64,000 nucleotides of DNA from a virus. A program made the position numbers and the translations under genes. The stretch is taken from the IMG/VR virus record IMGVR_UViG_3300036715_003363; one strand, 5' to 3'. The first letter of the stretch is position 1; the number at the start of each line of letters is the position of its first letter. The notes beneath the pieces are model-generated. The model did no database searches. It worked only from the letters and a program-made list of their open reading frames with translations, and was not told where the DNA came from. Shown piece by piece: positions 10,069 to 20,088 of the stretch.

Positions 10069-10731
10069 GTGTTTATGCTATCTCAAAGAAAAATAAGCTG
10101 CGCAGTAGATTTAGACGGCGTTCTTGCTGATTTATTCAATCACGTTAGTCACACATTTTTTAAAAAGAGATATCGCGACGTAACTACTAAAGAGAAAGCA
10201 GTATCGAGAAAGATGTGGACTGATAAAGAAATGTTCTATAAACACATGGGAGACGTAAAAGAGTGCTTTGCAAATCTTGATCCTTATCCGACAAACAATG
10301 CATTACTTAAAACAGTAATTGATAAGTTTGGAGGCTTTTACATTTGTACTCATCCCACTGATGTTGATATAGATGCTTGTATTAAAGGAAAAAGTATTTG
10401 GATTAAAAAGCACATTATTCCGCATTGGGGAAAATATCTACTTGGAGTAGAATTTCCGCATGATAAATCAGAGCTTGCAGTTAACGAAGACGGTTCCCCG
10501 AATGTGCTTATCGATGACTTTCAACCCTATGTCGATAAATGGAATGCAAAAGGTGGAATTGCAATTAGGCTGCAGTCAGACAATTTCCGTAGCGATGCTG
10601 AGGTTGAAAACTATTTAGATGGTGAATTTAAGAGAATATCTAAGGATATTGTAGATGATAATAAAACCGTGAGATCCCAAGAGCTCCCAAGCGAAACACA
10701 CGTTAAAAACGAGTTCTTTCAACAGTATTAA
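10069..10731 (+). CDS. HAD-family 5'(3')-deoxyribonucleotidase
   Basis: DLDGVLADL motif I, GKSIWIKKH, VLIDDFQPYVDKWNAKGGIAI. Confidence 0.85.
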   Translation: MFMLSQRKISCAVDLDGVLADLFNHVSHTFFKKRYRDVTTKEKAVSRKMWTDKEMFYKHMGDVKECFANLDPYPTNNALLKTVIDKFGGFYICTHPTDVDIDACIKGKSIWIKKHIIPHWGKYLLGVEFPHDKSELAVNEDGSPNVLIDDFQPYVDKWNAKGGIAIRLQSDNFRSDAEVENYLDGEFKRISKDIVDDNKTVRSQELPSETHVKNEFFQQY

Positions 10732-10777
10732 AGGAATTCAGAGTTGCACTTTCTTTAAAATCATTCAGTATATTGAA

Positions 10778-11401
10778 ATGGGATTATTTTCAACACTAGT
10801 AGTACAGGCAAAACTGCCTCTTAATAAAGAAATTCGTGCAGCGTTTCCGGATAGAAACTGGAAAGAGGTTGTCTTCCAGACAAAAGATCTTGACTGCGCG
10901 TTGGATCACTACAAGATTAGCAGAAGCGGAGTCTTATATAAAGAAAAAATTGAAGGAGAGTGGATTACACCAGAAAGATTGAAAGGTGACTCTTGGCTCG
11001 CTTCTCTTCCGTACATCGAAGAAAAATCATATAAGTGGGTTAAGGCTAAGAATGATCGAACAGCTACTATTGAGTTCTATGATTATGATCTTGATAGAGA
11101 AGGAAACAGATGGGATATTGTTTTTTTTGTGACATTTATTGACGGTAAAATCAACACACCAATAACACTCAGTAAAGCAGAAGTTGTACAGACTGCAAAA
11201 GAAATTAAAGATCAGGAGAAGGATCGAGAAAACAAAAGAGTAATTGAATCATCAAAACTCCATAACAGAGTTCGCGTTTTTATGAACAATATTACATGCT
11301 CTCATTGGAAGTCATTCTGGAAGTTTACCTCAATGCAACTGTCCAAAGCTAGCAAGTTCCTTTCATTTGTGCAGATATTCATACTTCGATATATTGCTTG
11401 A
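10778..11401 (+). CDS. Hypothetical phage protein
   Basis: 207 aa; MGLF...FQTKDLDCALDHY motif of a conserved phage hypothetical family. Confidence 0.65.
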   Translation: MGLFSTLVVQAKLPLNKEIRAAFPDRNWKEVVFQTKDLDCALDHYKISRSGVLYKEKIEGEWITPERLKGDSWLASLPYIEEKSYKWVKAKNDRTATIEFYDYDLDREGNRWDIVFFVTFIDGKINTPITLSKAEVVQTAKEIKDQEKDRENKRVIESSKLHNRVRVFMNNITCSHWKSFWKFTSMQLSKASKFLSFVQIFILRYIA

Positions 11402-11426
11402 CGGTTCCTCCTATTTATTGTAGGAT
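11398..11426 (+). promoter_or_regulatory. Sigma70-type early promoter
   Basis: TTGACG-17-TAGGAT, ATG 6 nt downstream, GTTCC in spacer. Confidence 0.6.
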
Positions 11427-11432
11427 TAAAAC

Positions 11433-12254
11433 ATGAACATTATTGCCCTTGGAGACATACACAACAATACTGTCTCAGCACAGAAGATTGTTGAGCGGTA
11501 CGAAAACACACATAAAATCGTGTGTGTTGGCGACTATTTTGATTCGTTTACGGGCGATGACGCTGAAGCAACTGCTTACTGGCTCAAGGACTTTATTAAT
11601 AAGCCTAACACAGTTGCCCTTATCGGCAATCACGATTTGCCATATTCTCCGTACGGAAAGATAAGGACGCATCCATCGAGTGTGTGGAGAGTGTTTTACC
11701 CCTGTTCGGGATACACATCTGAAAAAGATGAAATTATTAACTCAGTCCTAACAAAAGAAGACTGGGCAAAGGTTAAGACATTTCATTACGAAAACGGATG
11801 GCTTTTTACTCACGCCGGAGTTCACCCGTATTGGTTTGAACATCCAGTTATTGGAATGACTATTGATCATGTAATTGGAATTCTCCATAAAACAGAGGAC
11901 GCTTATCGCACACTAAACTGGACCCCGATCTTGGGCGAAGCTGGAATATATCGTGGCGGAAGAAGTAAGGTTGGAGGAATACTCTGGCATGATCATCAAC
12001 GCGAAGCTGAGCCAATACAAGGCATTAATCAAATTTACGGGCATACACCTCTCACAGATAATATGAGCAACGGAATTAATGTCATCAGGGAAGATGACGG
12101 CTGTAATGTCTGCATCGATTGCGGTCTCGAGGAAGTATTACAGGTGTACGAAGACGGAAAACTTAGAATGATGAACACGGATATTCCAAACTTTTATTTT
12201 CATAAAAAGGAAGTCCATATTAAAAAGTTAAAAGAGTGTATGACGACATCATGA
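11433..12254 (+). CDS. Calcineurin-like metallophosphoesterase
   Basis: GDIH, GDYFD, GNHD, THAG, GHT motifs. Confidence 0.9.
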   Translation: MNIIALGDIHNNTVSAQKIVERYENTHKIVCVGDYFDSFTGDDAEATAYWLKDFINKPNTVALIGNHDLPYSPYGKIRTHPSSVWRVFYPCSGYTSEKDEIINSVLTKEDWAKVKTFHYENGWLFTHAGVHPYWFEHPVIGMTIDHVIGILHKTEDAYRTLNWTPILGEAGIYRGGRSKVGGILWHDHQREAEPIQGINQIYGHTPLTDNMSNGINVIREDDGCNVCIDCGLEEVLQVYEDGKLRMMNTDIPNFYFHKKEVHIKKLKECMTTS

Positions 12255-12322
12255 ATTATTTAAATAAATCGTAATTTTAATTTGCAAGATATTAACAAAG
12301 AGTATAATATAATGTAACACAA

Positions 12323-12607
12323 ATGAAGAGTATCTTTAGTATTCTATTTCCGCCTCAGAAATCATACAAGGATCTTCTCGAGGAAGCTGCGACATTAACA
12401 AAAACAATGAAAGAAGAAGCATATGAGTTTTCCTCTAATCTTAATTGTGTTTTTGCGCCTCCGATCACACTGAAAGGAAAGAATGGAAAGATGTATACTC
12501 TCAACGATATATTAAAAAGTCACAACACTCTTCTCAAACAAAATAGAGAACTTATTGTGAGAATTAAGGAGCTTGAAGGATCCTTGAAGGAGTATGAAAA
12601 GTATTAG
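12323..12607 (+). CDS. Hypothetical protein (C-terminal coiled coil)
   Basis: 94 aa ORF. Confidence 0.55.
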   Translation: MKSIFSILFPPQKSYKDLLEEAATLTKTMKEEAYEFSSNLNCVFAPPITLKGKNGKMYTLNDILKSHNTLLKQNRELIVRIKELEGSLKEYEKY

Positions 12608-13166
12608 TAAAGGTATTGCAATGGTCGGATTTGCTATTGAGGCTTCCTAGTTAACAAGTGTGGATCCATCACATTGCGGATTTGCCTGACTAATTCTAGA
12701 TATTTGGATATTATTTGAAGATTGAAACTAATAAGATGTAAATGAATATAATTCAAGAATATAATAACGCAGTTTTCTGGGTAAGTTATGCACTCATAGT
12801 ATTTTTAATCGCTCGAATTATTTACATTAACGATATTCACAATGATAGATAAAGAAATTGAAGCAATTCAGAATATACTGGATAGTTCCTTCTGAATCTG
12901 TTAATATTAAAATATGAAACCATCCAATAAAGAATACGTTGCTGTGTTCATCATGATCGCATACGCTGCGCTTCTCCTTCTTATTATTTCTCACACTGTA
13001 AAATAATATGGGTGGCAACAGCTTAATCAAAACCACACTGAAACAATAGCTAAAGTATGAAACTAGCATCTCTAGAAATGATAAACGTGAATGGCGTTGA
13101 TTATGTTCAAACAGTTGAACAATGGTTTTAAGTGGAGCTTTCTATCTTCAGAAGATAAATAACTCT

Positions 13167-13760
13167 GTGAAAAAGATAATTTTATTCGTAGCTCTAATGT
13201 TTGTGAGCTGCACCCCTCGATATATTGAAAAATATTCTGAGCCGCTAGCGCAAGCAACTTATGGTGTTAATGACTCTCTTGCAAAATCTCGTGTTGATCT
13301 TGCATGGTATTATTCCAATGAAGTAACAAAGCTTGTTGCTCCTCCAAAAAACAGAATTCCGATTAAAGCAGTATACAGTCATAATGGAAATGGTGTAAAA
13401 GTTAAATCAACATATACAGATCAAGGCCAGAGAGTTTTGATTATACCTGATTCCTATAAGAATGACAAGGTAGTAGTTGTTGATTCAGCTGAATATGATG
13501 CACTCAAAAAGGATAGCGCTACTGCAAAGCAGCTCGCAGATGAATTAAAAAGTAAAAATGAAGCAACTGCATTAGTAGATAAGCAGAGAAAAGTTGATGC
13601 TCAGAATCAGTTAAAGCTCATTGATAACTATAATACTGCACAGAAGCAGATTATTAAAAAGGATCTCGCAATTCTTTGGCGAGATATTATCATAGTAGTG
13701 CTCACAACTATTATTGCACTTTACATTGCATGGCGCCTAAAAATCTTTGCAGCTATTTAA
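13167..13760 (+). CDS. Candidate unimolecular spanin (lipoprotein with C-terminal TM)
   Basis: GTG start 5 nt after TAAATA; MKKIILFVALMFVS-C lipobox; coiled coil; C-terminal hydrophobic helix; upstream of endolysin. Confidence 0.65.
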   Translation: MKKIILFVALMFVSCTPRYIEKYSEPLAQATYGVNDSLAKSRVDLAWYYSNEVTKLVAPPKNRIPIKAVYSHNGNGVKVKSTYTDQGQRVLIIPDSYKNDKVVVVDSAEYDALKKDSATAKQLADELKSKNEATALVDKQRKVDAQNQLKLIDNYNTAQKQIIKKDLAILWRDIIIVVLTTIIALYIAWRLKIFAAI

Positions 13761-13764
13761 TTTT

Positions 13765-13947
13765 ATGTCAGACGAAACACCCGCTCCAGATCAAACAGAT
13801 ACAACAATACAAAAGGCTGATACTGTAGTTATTAAAGACACTCAGATTGCTGTTACAAAAATTGAAGCCTTTGCTCTTGTTCATCCAAAGATTACAGCTG
13901 CGATCATATTCTTTATTCTCGGTTTTGTTTTTGGTAAGCTACTTTAA
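13765..13947 (+). CDS. Small single-TM membrane protein (lysis cassette)
   Basis: C-terminal ITAAIIFFILGFVFGKLL. Confidence 0.6.
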   Translation: MSDETPAPDQTDTTIQKADTVVIKDTQIAVTKIEAFALVHPKITAAIIFFILGFVFGKLL

Positions 13948-13962
13948 TAGATAAATATATAT

Positions 13963-14421
13963 ATGTGGGACTCAATCCTGGATATATATAAATCAGCAAC
14001 AGCTTTTCTTCAAAACAGCAAAGCTCCTCCAAACACATCTCCTGCTCTAAAGCAGGCAATGGAAGATGAGAATCATTTTTCTTCAAAGAAGTTCTTTATT
14101 ATCTTTTCGAGTGTGTTGCTTCTTGCGTTTGTGTATTATTCAACGATTGCAATTCTATTCTTTCTCCCAATTACAGCATCAGCACACATCTCAGCATTTG
14201 TTTCAATATTTTCAGATTGTATGAAAGTATTTGGCTTGATTATTGCGAGCTATCTTGGAGTACAAACAATCGCAGATTTTTCATTTAACTCAGCATCAAA
14301 TACTAATCTGCAGAGCATCCTTGATACACAGAACAGTACTGAAATTCAACATATCATTGAAGAAGGCACTTCAGGAGCTCCTGATGTTAGACCTTATTCA
14401 ACAAACGCAATTGACGAATAA
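13963..14421 (+). CDS. Holin-like membrane protein
   Basis: Two hydrophobic segments; stop overlaps endolysin start. Confidence 0.55.
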   Translation: MWDSILDIYKSATAFLQNSKAPPNTSPALKQAMEDENHFSSKKFFIIFSSVLLLAFVYYSTIAILFFLPITASAHISAFVSIFSDCMKVFGLIIASYLGVQTIADFSFNSASNTNLQSILDTQNSTEIQHIIEEGTSGAPDVRPYSTNAIDE

Positions 14422-15089
14422 TGAGTGCAAAAAATACAATCATTGAGATATTGAACTGCTTTGAAACAGGTAAAGCAGAAACAAACTATACTGCAATCTA
14501 TCTCTACAGAGACGGGCCTCATAGAACAAAGCAGGTAACACTTGGAAGAGGATATACTGAAGAAGGAACACTTTGGGATGTTTTCTCAGAGTATAAATCT
14601 CTTGGCGGTGAGAGTGCTGATAAGCTACTTGCGTATAAGTCATCTAAAGGAAAAGAAACTCTTGCCAGCAATAAAGAGTTTTTAAATTTGCTTATAACGA
14701 CTGCAAAGACAGATCAGAAGTTTAGAAATGCTGAAGATGCAGTGTATGACATAGGATATTGGAATAGAGGAGATAAGTGGGTTAATAAGTATGGTTTCAC
14801 ACTTCCTCTAAGCATGCTTGTCATTCAGGATTCTTTCCTGCAGAGCGGATCAATGCTCCAGTTCCTGATGAATAAATTTACGGAGAAAACTCCTATACAG
14901 AACGGAAATGAAAAAGCGTGGATTAAGGCATACTCTGAAACGAGAGAGAATTGGCTTAAAAATCACTCTAACAAAATTCTTAATTCAACAGTTTATCGTC
15001 CAAAGTTTTTCCTCGATCAAATCGAAAAGAATAATTGGAATCTAGATCAATTTCCTATTTTTCCAAATGGTGTAAGAGTTAGTATATGA
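14421..15089 (+). CDS. Endolysin, GH46 chitosanase/lysozyme-like fold
   Basis: FETG...Y..IYLYRDG..QVTLGRGYTE and AEDAVYDIGYW...LVIQDSFLQSG resemble GH46 catalytic Glu/Asp region and helical domain. Confidence 0.7.
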   Translation: MSAKNTIIEILNCFETGKAETNYTAIYLYRDGPHRTKQVTLGRGYTEEGTLWDVFSEYKSLGGESADKLLAYKSSKGKETLASNKEFLNLLITTAKTDQKFRNAEDAVYDIGYWNRGDKWVNKYGFTLPLSMLVIQDSFLQSGSMLQFLMNKFTEKTPIQNGNEKAWIKAYSETRENWLKNHSNKILNSTVYRPKFFLDQIEKNNWNLDQFPIFPNGVRVSI

Positions 15090-15331
15090 ATTTAGAAGAC
15101 GTTTATTCAAGACACGTACCGAGAAGCTCTATTTCAAATTTTTCAGTAGGAGGAGATTATCCTCAGATTGAAAGAGATCCAACAATTAGAGCTCTTGAAA
15201 GAGATGTCTTTGCTCAACTAGCTGCAGTCATTCCGCAGGAAGTAGTCGCTGAAAGTCCTCCATCATTAGAGGTTCAGGCTGTTTCGTACGAAGACGCGAT
15301 ACGCGAATTAATCGCGATGAGTAAACAGTGA
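15086..15331 (+). CDS. Hypothetical protein
   Basis: 81 aa ORF coupled to the endolysin stop. Confidence 0.55.
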   Translation: MNLEDVYSRHVPRSSISNFSVGGDYPQIERDPTIRALERDVFAQLAAVIPQEVVAESPPSLEVQAVSYEDAIRELIAMSKQ

Positions 15332-15432
15332 GTTAATAGCTTTCAGTATAAGATACTCTCTATAAACATAGCAAAGCCAGTAGTAGTATGTGATATTTTT
15401 CTTTCATATCATTAAATAATAGATACACCACA

Positions 15433-15942
15433 ATGAAATTTAACACCTTCTTCAATAATGTTTATTCCACGCTAACTGAAGCAACTGATCATATCGTCGC
15501 TCCAAGTGATGACGATTCAAGGAGCAATACAACTCCCTATGACTATACAGTTCTTCTGATTAAAGGTCTTACTCGTAACGGTCTTATGAAGCCTGTTGAT
15601 ATTCGCAGAGTTATTACAGGAGATGAAGCAAATAAAGGATTTAGTTTTATTTGGGGATATAAAGGACTATCATACACAATTCAAGTTCTTCCGGCTGATG
15701 TTGCAAACCTTGAAGTTAGAATTACAAACATGAAAGACAGAACTGATACAAAAACAGTTGATCTTCATGAAGAGGATTCAATTGATGAGGTTGTAGATAT
15801 ACTCAATAATCTTAAAAAAGAAGAAGACAGTGAAGATATCAAGCCAGTTCAAACAAGTGAGGAGCCCTCAAGACTCCCAGGGGGAACACAAGAGCCTGAA
15901 CAATCTCAACCAGACACTAGTAATTATCTGAAGGGTCTTTAA
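15433..15942 (+). CDS. Hypothetical late protein (possible head-internal protein)
   Basis: TAAATA upstream; N-terminus MKFNTFFNNVYSTLTE; acidic tail. Confidence 0.6.
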   Translation: MKFNTFFNNVYSTLTEATDHIVAPSDDDSRSNTTPYDYTVLLIKGLTRNGLMKPVDIRRVITGDEANKGFSFIWGYKGLSYTIQVLPADVANLEVRITNMKDRTDTKTVDLHEEDSIDEVVDILNNLKKEEDSEDIKPVQTSEEPSRLPGGTQEPEQSQPDTSNYLKGL

Positions 15943-16118
15943 GACTCGATTATATGCTCGAAATCGTCGAGTTCAAGATCTTCAATTTTCTGTTTCAAAA
16001 TAGTTAAAGCGAGTTCAACTTCTGTCTCAGAAGAAAAGTTTCCTTCGAATACTTCAAAGATAATACTTTCGATAATTCCGTCAATAGTTGCATCAATTTC
16101 TGATTTTCTTAAGCTCAT
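15939..16118 (-). CDS. Small acidic hypothetical protein (59 aa, not in ORF track)
   Basis: MSLRKSEIDATIDGIIES...DDFEHIIES; fills the gap after 16127-16459. Confidence 0.55.
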   Translation of the reverse strand: MSLRKSEIDATIDGIIESIIFEVFEGNFSSETEVELALTILKQKIEDLELDDFEHIIES

Positions 16119-16126
16119 ACAAGTAA

Positions 16127-16459
16127 TTATGGCAACTTGCCTTTAAAAGTGATTTTGTCATTAAAAGAAATTCCTAATGGAAATATCGCATATACAAGAC
16201 TGATTTTTTTTCCGATGCGCTCAATAATTGGCTCAATGAATAAATAGTCATGATCAAAGATGTGCTTATATCCTATGATTATCATAAAAATCTCTGATAT
16301 TTTTATTGTAGTTGCATCTATTGGAAACATCAACGTTGTTTCATAGAACGGTTCTTGAATTCCGGTGACATCTTTTTCAAATCTCTGAGTTACTGCGTAT
16401 TCAACGCCTAGTAAAACAACCTGCTCCTTTAGTTTCTCATTTAATTCAAAACCGGTCAT
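16127..16459 (-). CDS. Hypothetical protein
   Basis: 110 aa ORF in a minus-strand operon. Confidence 0.6.
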   Translation of the reverse strand: MTGFELNEKLKEQVVLLGVEYAVTQRFEKDVTGIQEPFYETTLMFPIDATTIKISEIFMIIIGYKHIFDHDYLFIEPIIERIGKKISLVYAIFPLGISFNDKITFKGKLP

Positions 16460-16483
16460 ATAAGACCATATAATAGATTAAAT

Positions 16484-17140
16484 CTAAGATTTATCAATGC
16501 TTAGCGCGGCAACATAACCACTTAATATTTTTGACTCAAGAAGAAGTGCATTGTACACCTCTTCTTTAAGATATTCATCGCTTTTTATAACTTCAGTCGC
16601 AAGAATGCCGATAAATGTTCCATCAATACTTTTAATCGGAAAGAGATAAACTATATTTGCTCCTTTTGATCCCCAATAACTCCTCAGTGCGTAATCTTGC
16701 TCAGAGAGCACATCAATAACAAGACCGCTATTTTCATCAACATTCAATTTTGCTAAACAAGCACTAAAAAAGGAAATTGGAAGGCTCTGCATCCTCATAA
16801 TATCAGCGGCGACTCCTTGTGCAGATGATTCAAATGAAACTGACATTTTTTTCATCGACTTATTGCCAGGATAATAATTACCACCATTATGAAACTGTGC
16901 AATCCAAACTCTATCAAGAGAATGTTTTTGCTGAATATTATTCAATGAATCGTTTACAATTTCCTGCACTGACAGTACATAACCAAAATCTTCCTTTTTC
17001 TTTTTTGTTGATGCAATCCTCGTATAGAATCTGTGCTTATAGCATATGAGTATTATAGGTCCTATAATAGCAATTAGTATTGCAGAAAATACTGGAAACA
17101 ATTTAATTATCTCGTCCTCGATCGCGATTATAGTAATCAT
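16484..17140 (-). CDS. TM + GAF-like domain protein (T4 holin T-like architecture)
   Basis: N-terminal TM then DRVWIAQFHNGGNYYP...MSVSFE...IVYLFPIK..DGTFIGILA. Confidence 0.6.
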   Translation of the reverse strand: MITIIAIEDEIIKLFPVFSAILIAIIGPIILICYKHRFYTRIASTKKKKEDFGYVLSVQEIVNDSLNNIQQKHSLDRVWIAQFHNGGNYYPGNKSMKKMSVSFESSAQGVAADIMRMQSLPISFFSACLAKLNVDENSGLVIDVLSEQDYALRSYWGSKGANIVYLFPIKSIDGTFIGILATEVIKSDEYLKEEVYNALLLESKILSGYVAALSIDKS

Positions 17141-17263
17141 GTTATGTATGTGTTATTTATTCAGCTTAAAAGAATATTCAGTACAATGATTAAATAATAT
17201 CAGTACATCTTTATAGTATCGCGCGCAATCGTCGCCTTCACTAGAGAGATTGAAAAGAAGTAT

Positions 17264-17965
17264 ATGTCATCACGTCTACATAACAAATTCCACCGTCACA
17301 GCCATCATACTTATCCAAATGGTGATCCTCGCTTTCCAGATAGTGGTCATGATCCAATAGCTTCTCCGGCATCACCATTTCTCGGTGATTTTGTGCTTCA
17401 GGGTGGATTGTCAGCATCAGCTCCTCTTTCTGCTTATGCAGGGTATTTTGCATCAAATAACGCTGCAATTATTGCTCAGAGCTCTAATGTTGCAATTTCT
17501 GCTTCTGGAGATGTTAAAATAATCGGAAACACAACATCATACGGAAATACAGTAATTAACGGAAATCTTACTGTTGCTGGATCTGCGACAAATCTTATTA
17601 CGATGTTGCAAATTTTAAGCTCTGTAACAATTACTGTTTCAAATAGCGGAGTATCCCCTGCTCTTATTGTTAATCAGTCTGGTAATAATGATATTGTAGA
17701 TTTTCAGGATGGTGGAATAAGTAAATTTTTTATTGATGGAGCCGGACAGTACGCTGGATATGTCGGTATCAATACCAATACTCCTACATCTCAGTTAACA
17801 GTTGTCGGAGATATCAGTTCGACCGGAACAACAACACTCAGTAATGTAGTTTTTACAGGCGCAGTCATTAGTACACTTACAACTCCAGTTACTGCAACAG
17901 GTGAGTTTCTCGTTTTAAATATTAATGGAGTTACAAATAGAGCAATTCAGATCTGGAACTTCTAA
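17264..17965 (+). CDS. Virion fibre-like protein
   Basis: His-rich N-terminus, beta-helix-like repeats, YVGINTNTPTSQLTVVGDIS fibre repeat. Confidence 0.6.
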   Translation: MSSRLHNKFHRHSHHTYPNGDPRFPDSGHDPIASPASPFLGDFVLQGGLSASAPLSAYAGYFASNNAAIIAQSSNVAISASGDVKIIGNTTSYGNTVINGNLTVAGSATNLITMLQILSSVTITVSNSGVSPALIVNQSGNNDIVDFQDGGISKFFIDGAGQYAGYVGINTNTPTSQLTVVGDISSTGTTTLSNVVFTGAVISTLTTPVTATGEFLVLNINGVTNRAIQIWNF

Positions 17966-17986
17966 AAATTCAGTTTAACATAAGAT

Positions 17987-18271
17987 ATGTTAAATTTCCT
18001 TAAGAAAAAAGAAAAATCACCAATAGTTCCTGATGCGCGTTCTGTGTACGCTTTTATGAAACATCGCAGAGGTGAATTTCTGTTGTTTCTTAATCAAGAT
18101 GGTGATGATGTTCTAAACTTTATGCAGCTTCCAGATAGATATCCTGTTGCTCTTACTCTCAGCGAGTTTACAGCGGGTCTAGTTGATAGCATCTTTGAGT
18201 TTGTTGAAGTACTTCCAGAAGAAGTGTTCGATGTTTGCAAGGTAAATATTAATAATCTTACAAAAGTGTAA
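17987..18271 (+). CDS. Hypothetical protein
   Basis: 94 aa ORF. Confidence 0.6.
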   Translation: MLNFLKKKEKSPIVPDARSVYAFMKHRRGEFLLFLNQDGDDVLNFMQLPDRYPVALTLSEFTAGLVDSIFEFVEVLPEEVFDVCKVNINNLTKV

Positions 18272-18314
18272 TAAAGCTTGACTGATTTCATGGGTTCATA
18301 TATATTGGTAGATA

Positions 18315-18542
18315 ATGAAACATAAAACAAAACAAAAAGTATCAAACGTAGACATCACAAAGCTTTCCCTCTATGAACTTTGCCGGTGGACAGCGCTAGA
18401 GGAAGCAATCAATGTTATCGGAGAGAAGTGCGAAGAGAAAAACATTGATTTTGATGGAGTTGAACTGAAGCCTTTAGAGATCCTAAAGTACGTTGATCTT
18501 GCAACTGACAAGATTTTCGAAAAAGTATCGACGCGCGATTGA
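18315..18542 (+). CDS. Hypothetical protein
   Basis: 75 aa ORF with promoter-like upstream sequence. Confidence 0.6.
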   Translation: MKHKTKQKVSNVDITKLSLYELCRWTALEEAINVIGEKCEEKNIDFDGVELKPLEILKYVDLATDKIFEKVSTRD

Positions 18543-18572
18543 AATTACTTTCAAATATAATAATATAAGAGG

Positions 18573-18884
18573 ATGAGCAACATGACATATAAAATTAAAT
18601 GCATTGTAACTAGTGAGGAATTGGGTCGATCACCGAAGTATTTGGAACAACAGGCTGCAAAGTACGGCTTTAGTAGTGTTGAAAGTTTCCGCTCTCAATA
18701 TATTGGACGAACTGCGCGCAGGCTCCTCAAGGAAGGACGCACAGTTGAGAGCATTCGTGAAGAATACAAGAATGAGATTACAACTCCAGTAACAGAAGAG
18801 ACATTAATTCGATTCCGCATTAAGGGATCACTTATTAAGGCTCCTGTTCTTCGTAAAGCTGCAAAAGTGTCAATATCAGCTTAA
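18573..18884 (+). CDS. Hypothetical basic protein
   Basis: 103 aa; KIKCIVT...YIGRTARRL, distantly like 57908 and 60165 proteins. Confidence 0.6.
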   Translation: MSNMTYKIKCIVTSEELGRSPKYLEQQAAKYGFSSVESFRSQYIGRTARRLLKEGRTVESIREEYKNEITTPVTEETLIRFRIKGSLIKAPVLRKAAKVSISA

Positions 18885-18889
18885 TTATA

Positions 18890-19345
18890 ATGATGCTAAG
18901 CAAAATTAAAGAATCGCTGATAAAACCTGAAATAATTGTAATTATAGTATCACTTGCAATTACGTGTGCAATTTCAACAGTCATTGGAACAGCATGGTGG
19001 GTTAATTACGGAGAGTTCTGGCCTGGATTTACAGCCGCAGTTGCAATTCAAATTGTAGGATTTGCAATCTGGAATTCATACCTTTTGAGAAAGGATGCGA
19101 TTGATAGTACAAATCTCATTATACAGCAATCAGAAGCTTTAGCAAAAGCTAGCATTCAACTAACTTGTGCATATTGTAAGATTCCCGCAGTTGTGCCTAT
19201 CAATCTTAATGAAGAGAATAGGTTTAAGTGTGATGGGTGCGGGCAAGTAAATTCTATTAAAATGCAGTTCTTTGCAGCTCAGATTACTACTCCTCTTGAG
19301 AGAATTATACAACCTTTTGACGAATCTATTAAAGTTACTCGTTAA
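18890..19345 (+). CDS. Two-TM membrane protein with C-terminal zinc ribbon
   Basis: Two hydrophobic helices, CAYC...CDGC. Confidence 0.65.
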   Translation: MMLSKIKESLIKPEIIVIIVSLAITCAISTVIGTAWWVNYGEFWPGFTAAVAIQIVGFAIWNSYLLRKDAIDSTNLIIQQSEALAKASIQLTCAYCKIPAVVPINLNEENRFKCDGCGQVNSIKMQFFAAQITTPLERIIQPFDESIKVTR

Positions 19346-19632
19346 ACCCAAAAATCATCGAGATCTCTTGTTAGAACTTTAACAAGGTCCATTGCAGTAT
19401 TAATCTTATACTGCATCTTCTTTAGTCTCTTAATCCTTGCAGGTGTTAGGTTTACGACGTTATTTCTCTTCGTAACTTCAATACGCTTGCGAATGAGATC
19501 AAGCGCAAAGTAAACATCTGCAAGTTCCTCTTCAATGTTTTCAAGAGGAAAAGGGAGAAACTTTTTTGATTTTGGTTCTAAAGCATCTGCGCTAAGCATT
19601 TGACGGTCAAAACCTACTGATTCAATTGACAT
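19342..19632 (-). CDS. Hypothetical late protein
   Basis: 96 aa ORF, TAAATA upstream on minus strand. Confidence 0.6.
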   Translation of the reverse strand: MSIESVGFDRQMLSADALEPKSKKFLPFPLENIEEELADVYFALDLIRKRIEVTKRNNVVNLTPARIKRLKKMQYKINTAMDLVKVLTRDLDDFWV

Positions 19633-19704
19633 GAAAGTATTTATGGCGAATAAATACTATTATCTATGTTGTTTCTATGTAAAATTAGGATATAATTAAG
19701 ACCT

Positions 19705-20088
19705 ATGCAAAAGCTCAATAAAAAAGATGTGCAAGATCTGTATGCTAGATGTATGAGGCATATTAAAAAAACTCCTCATGATCTTATAAGGTATCGCCGT
19801 CTTCGAGGAGTTCATGGATATTATAATTGGCACACAGATAACTCCTTAGAGTTTGATTATAGAGGACAGCTTGGAAGAACACTCTTCCATGAAGTTATTC
19901 ATGCAGTGTTTCCGGAGTGGTGTGAGACTCAAGTAGTGTATGCAGAGTCACGAATAATAAATACATGCGCACCCATTGATATTGCGAAGTTTATTAAAGT
20001 CATAACTGAAAAACTTTACGTAGTTGAGATTATCAAACAACGTAAAGTTCAATCAGCTGCGAGAAAAAAGAAAAGATTAAAAGCCTGA
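19705..20088 (+). CDS. Possible zincin-like metallopeptidase
   Basis: TLFHEVIHAVFPEW HEXXH motif with downstream Glu. Confidence 0.5.
   Translation: MQKLNKKDVQDLYARCMRHIKKTPHDLIRYRRLRGVHGYYNWHTDNSLEFDYRGQLGRTLFHEVIHAVFPEWCETQVVYAESRIINTCAPIDIAKFIKVITEKLYVVEIIKQRKVQSAARKKKRLKA

Noticed and set aside
12827-13069. 80-aa minus-strand ORF
   Set aside because: No recognisable motif or clear promoter; cannot distinguish from chance in AT-rich DNA
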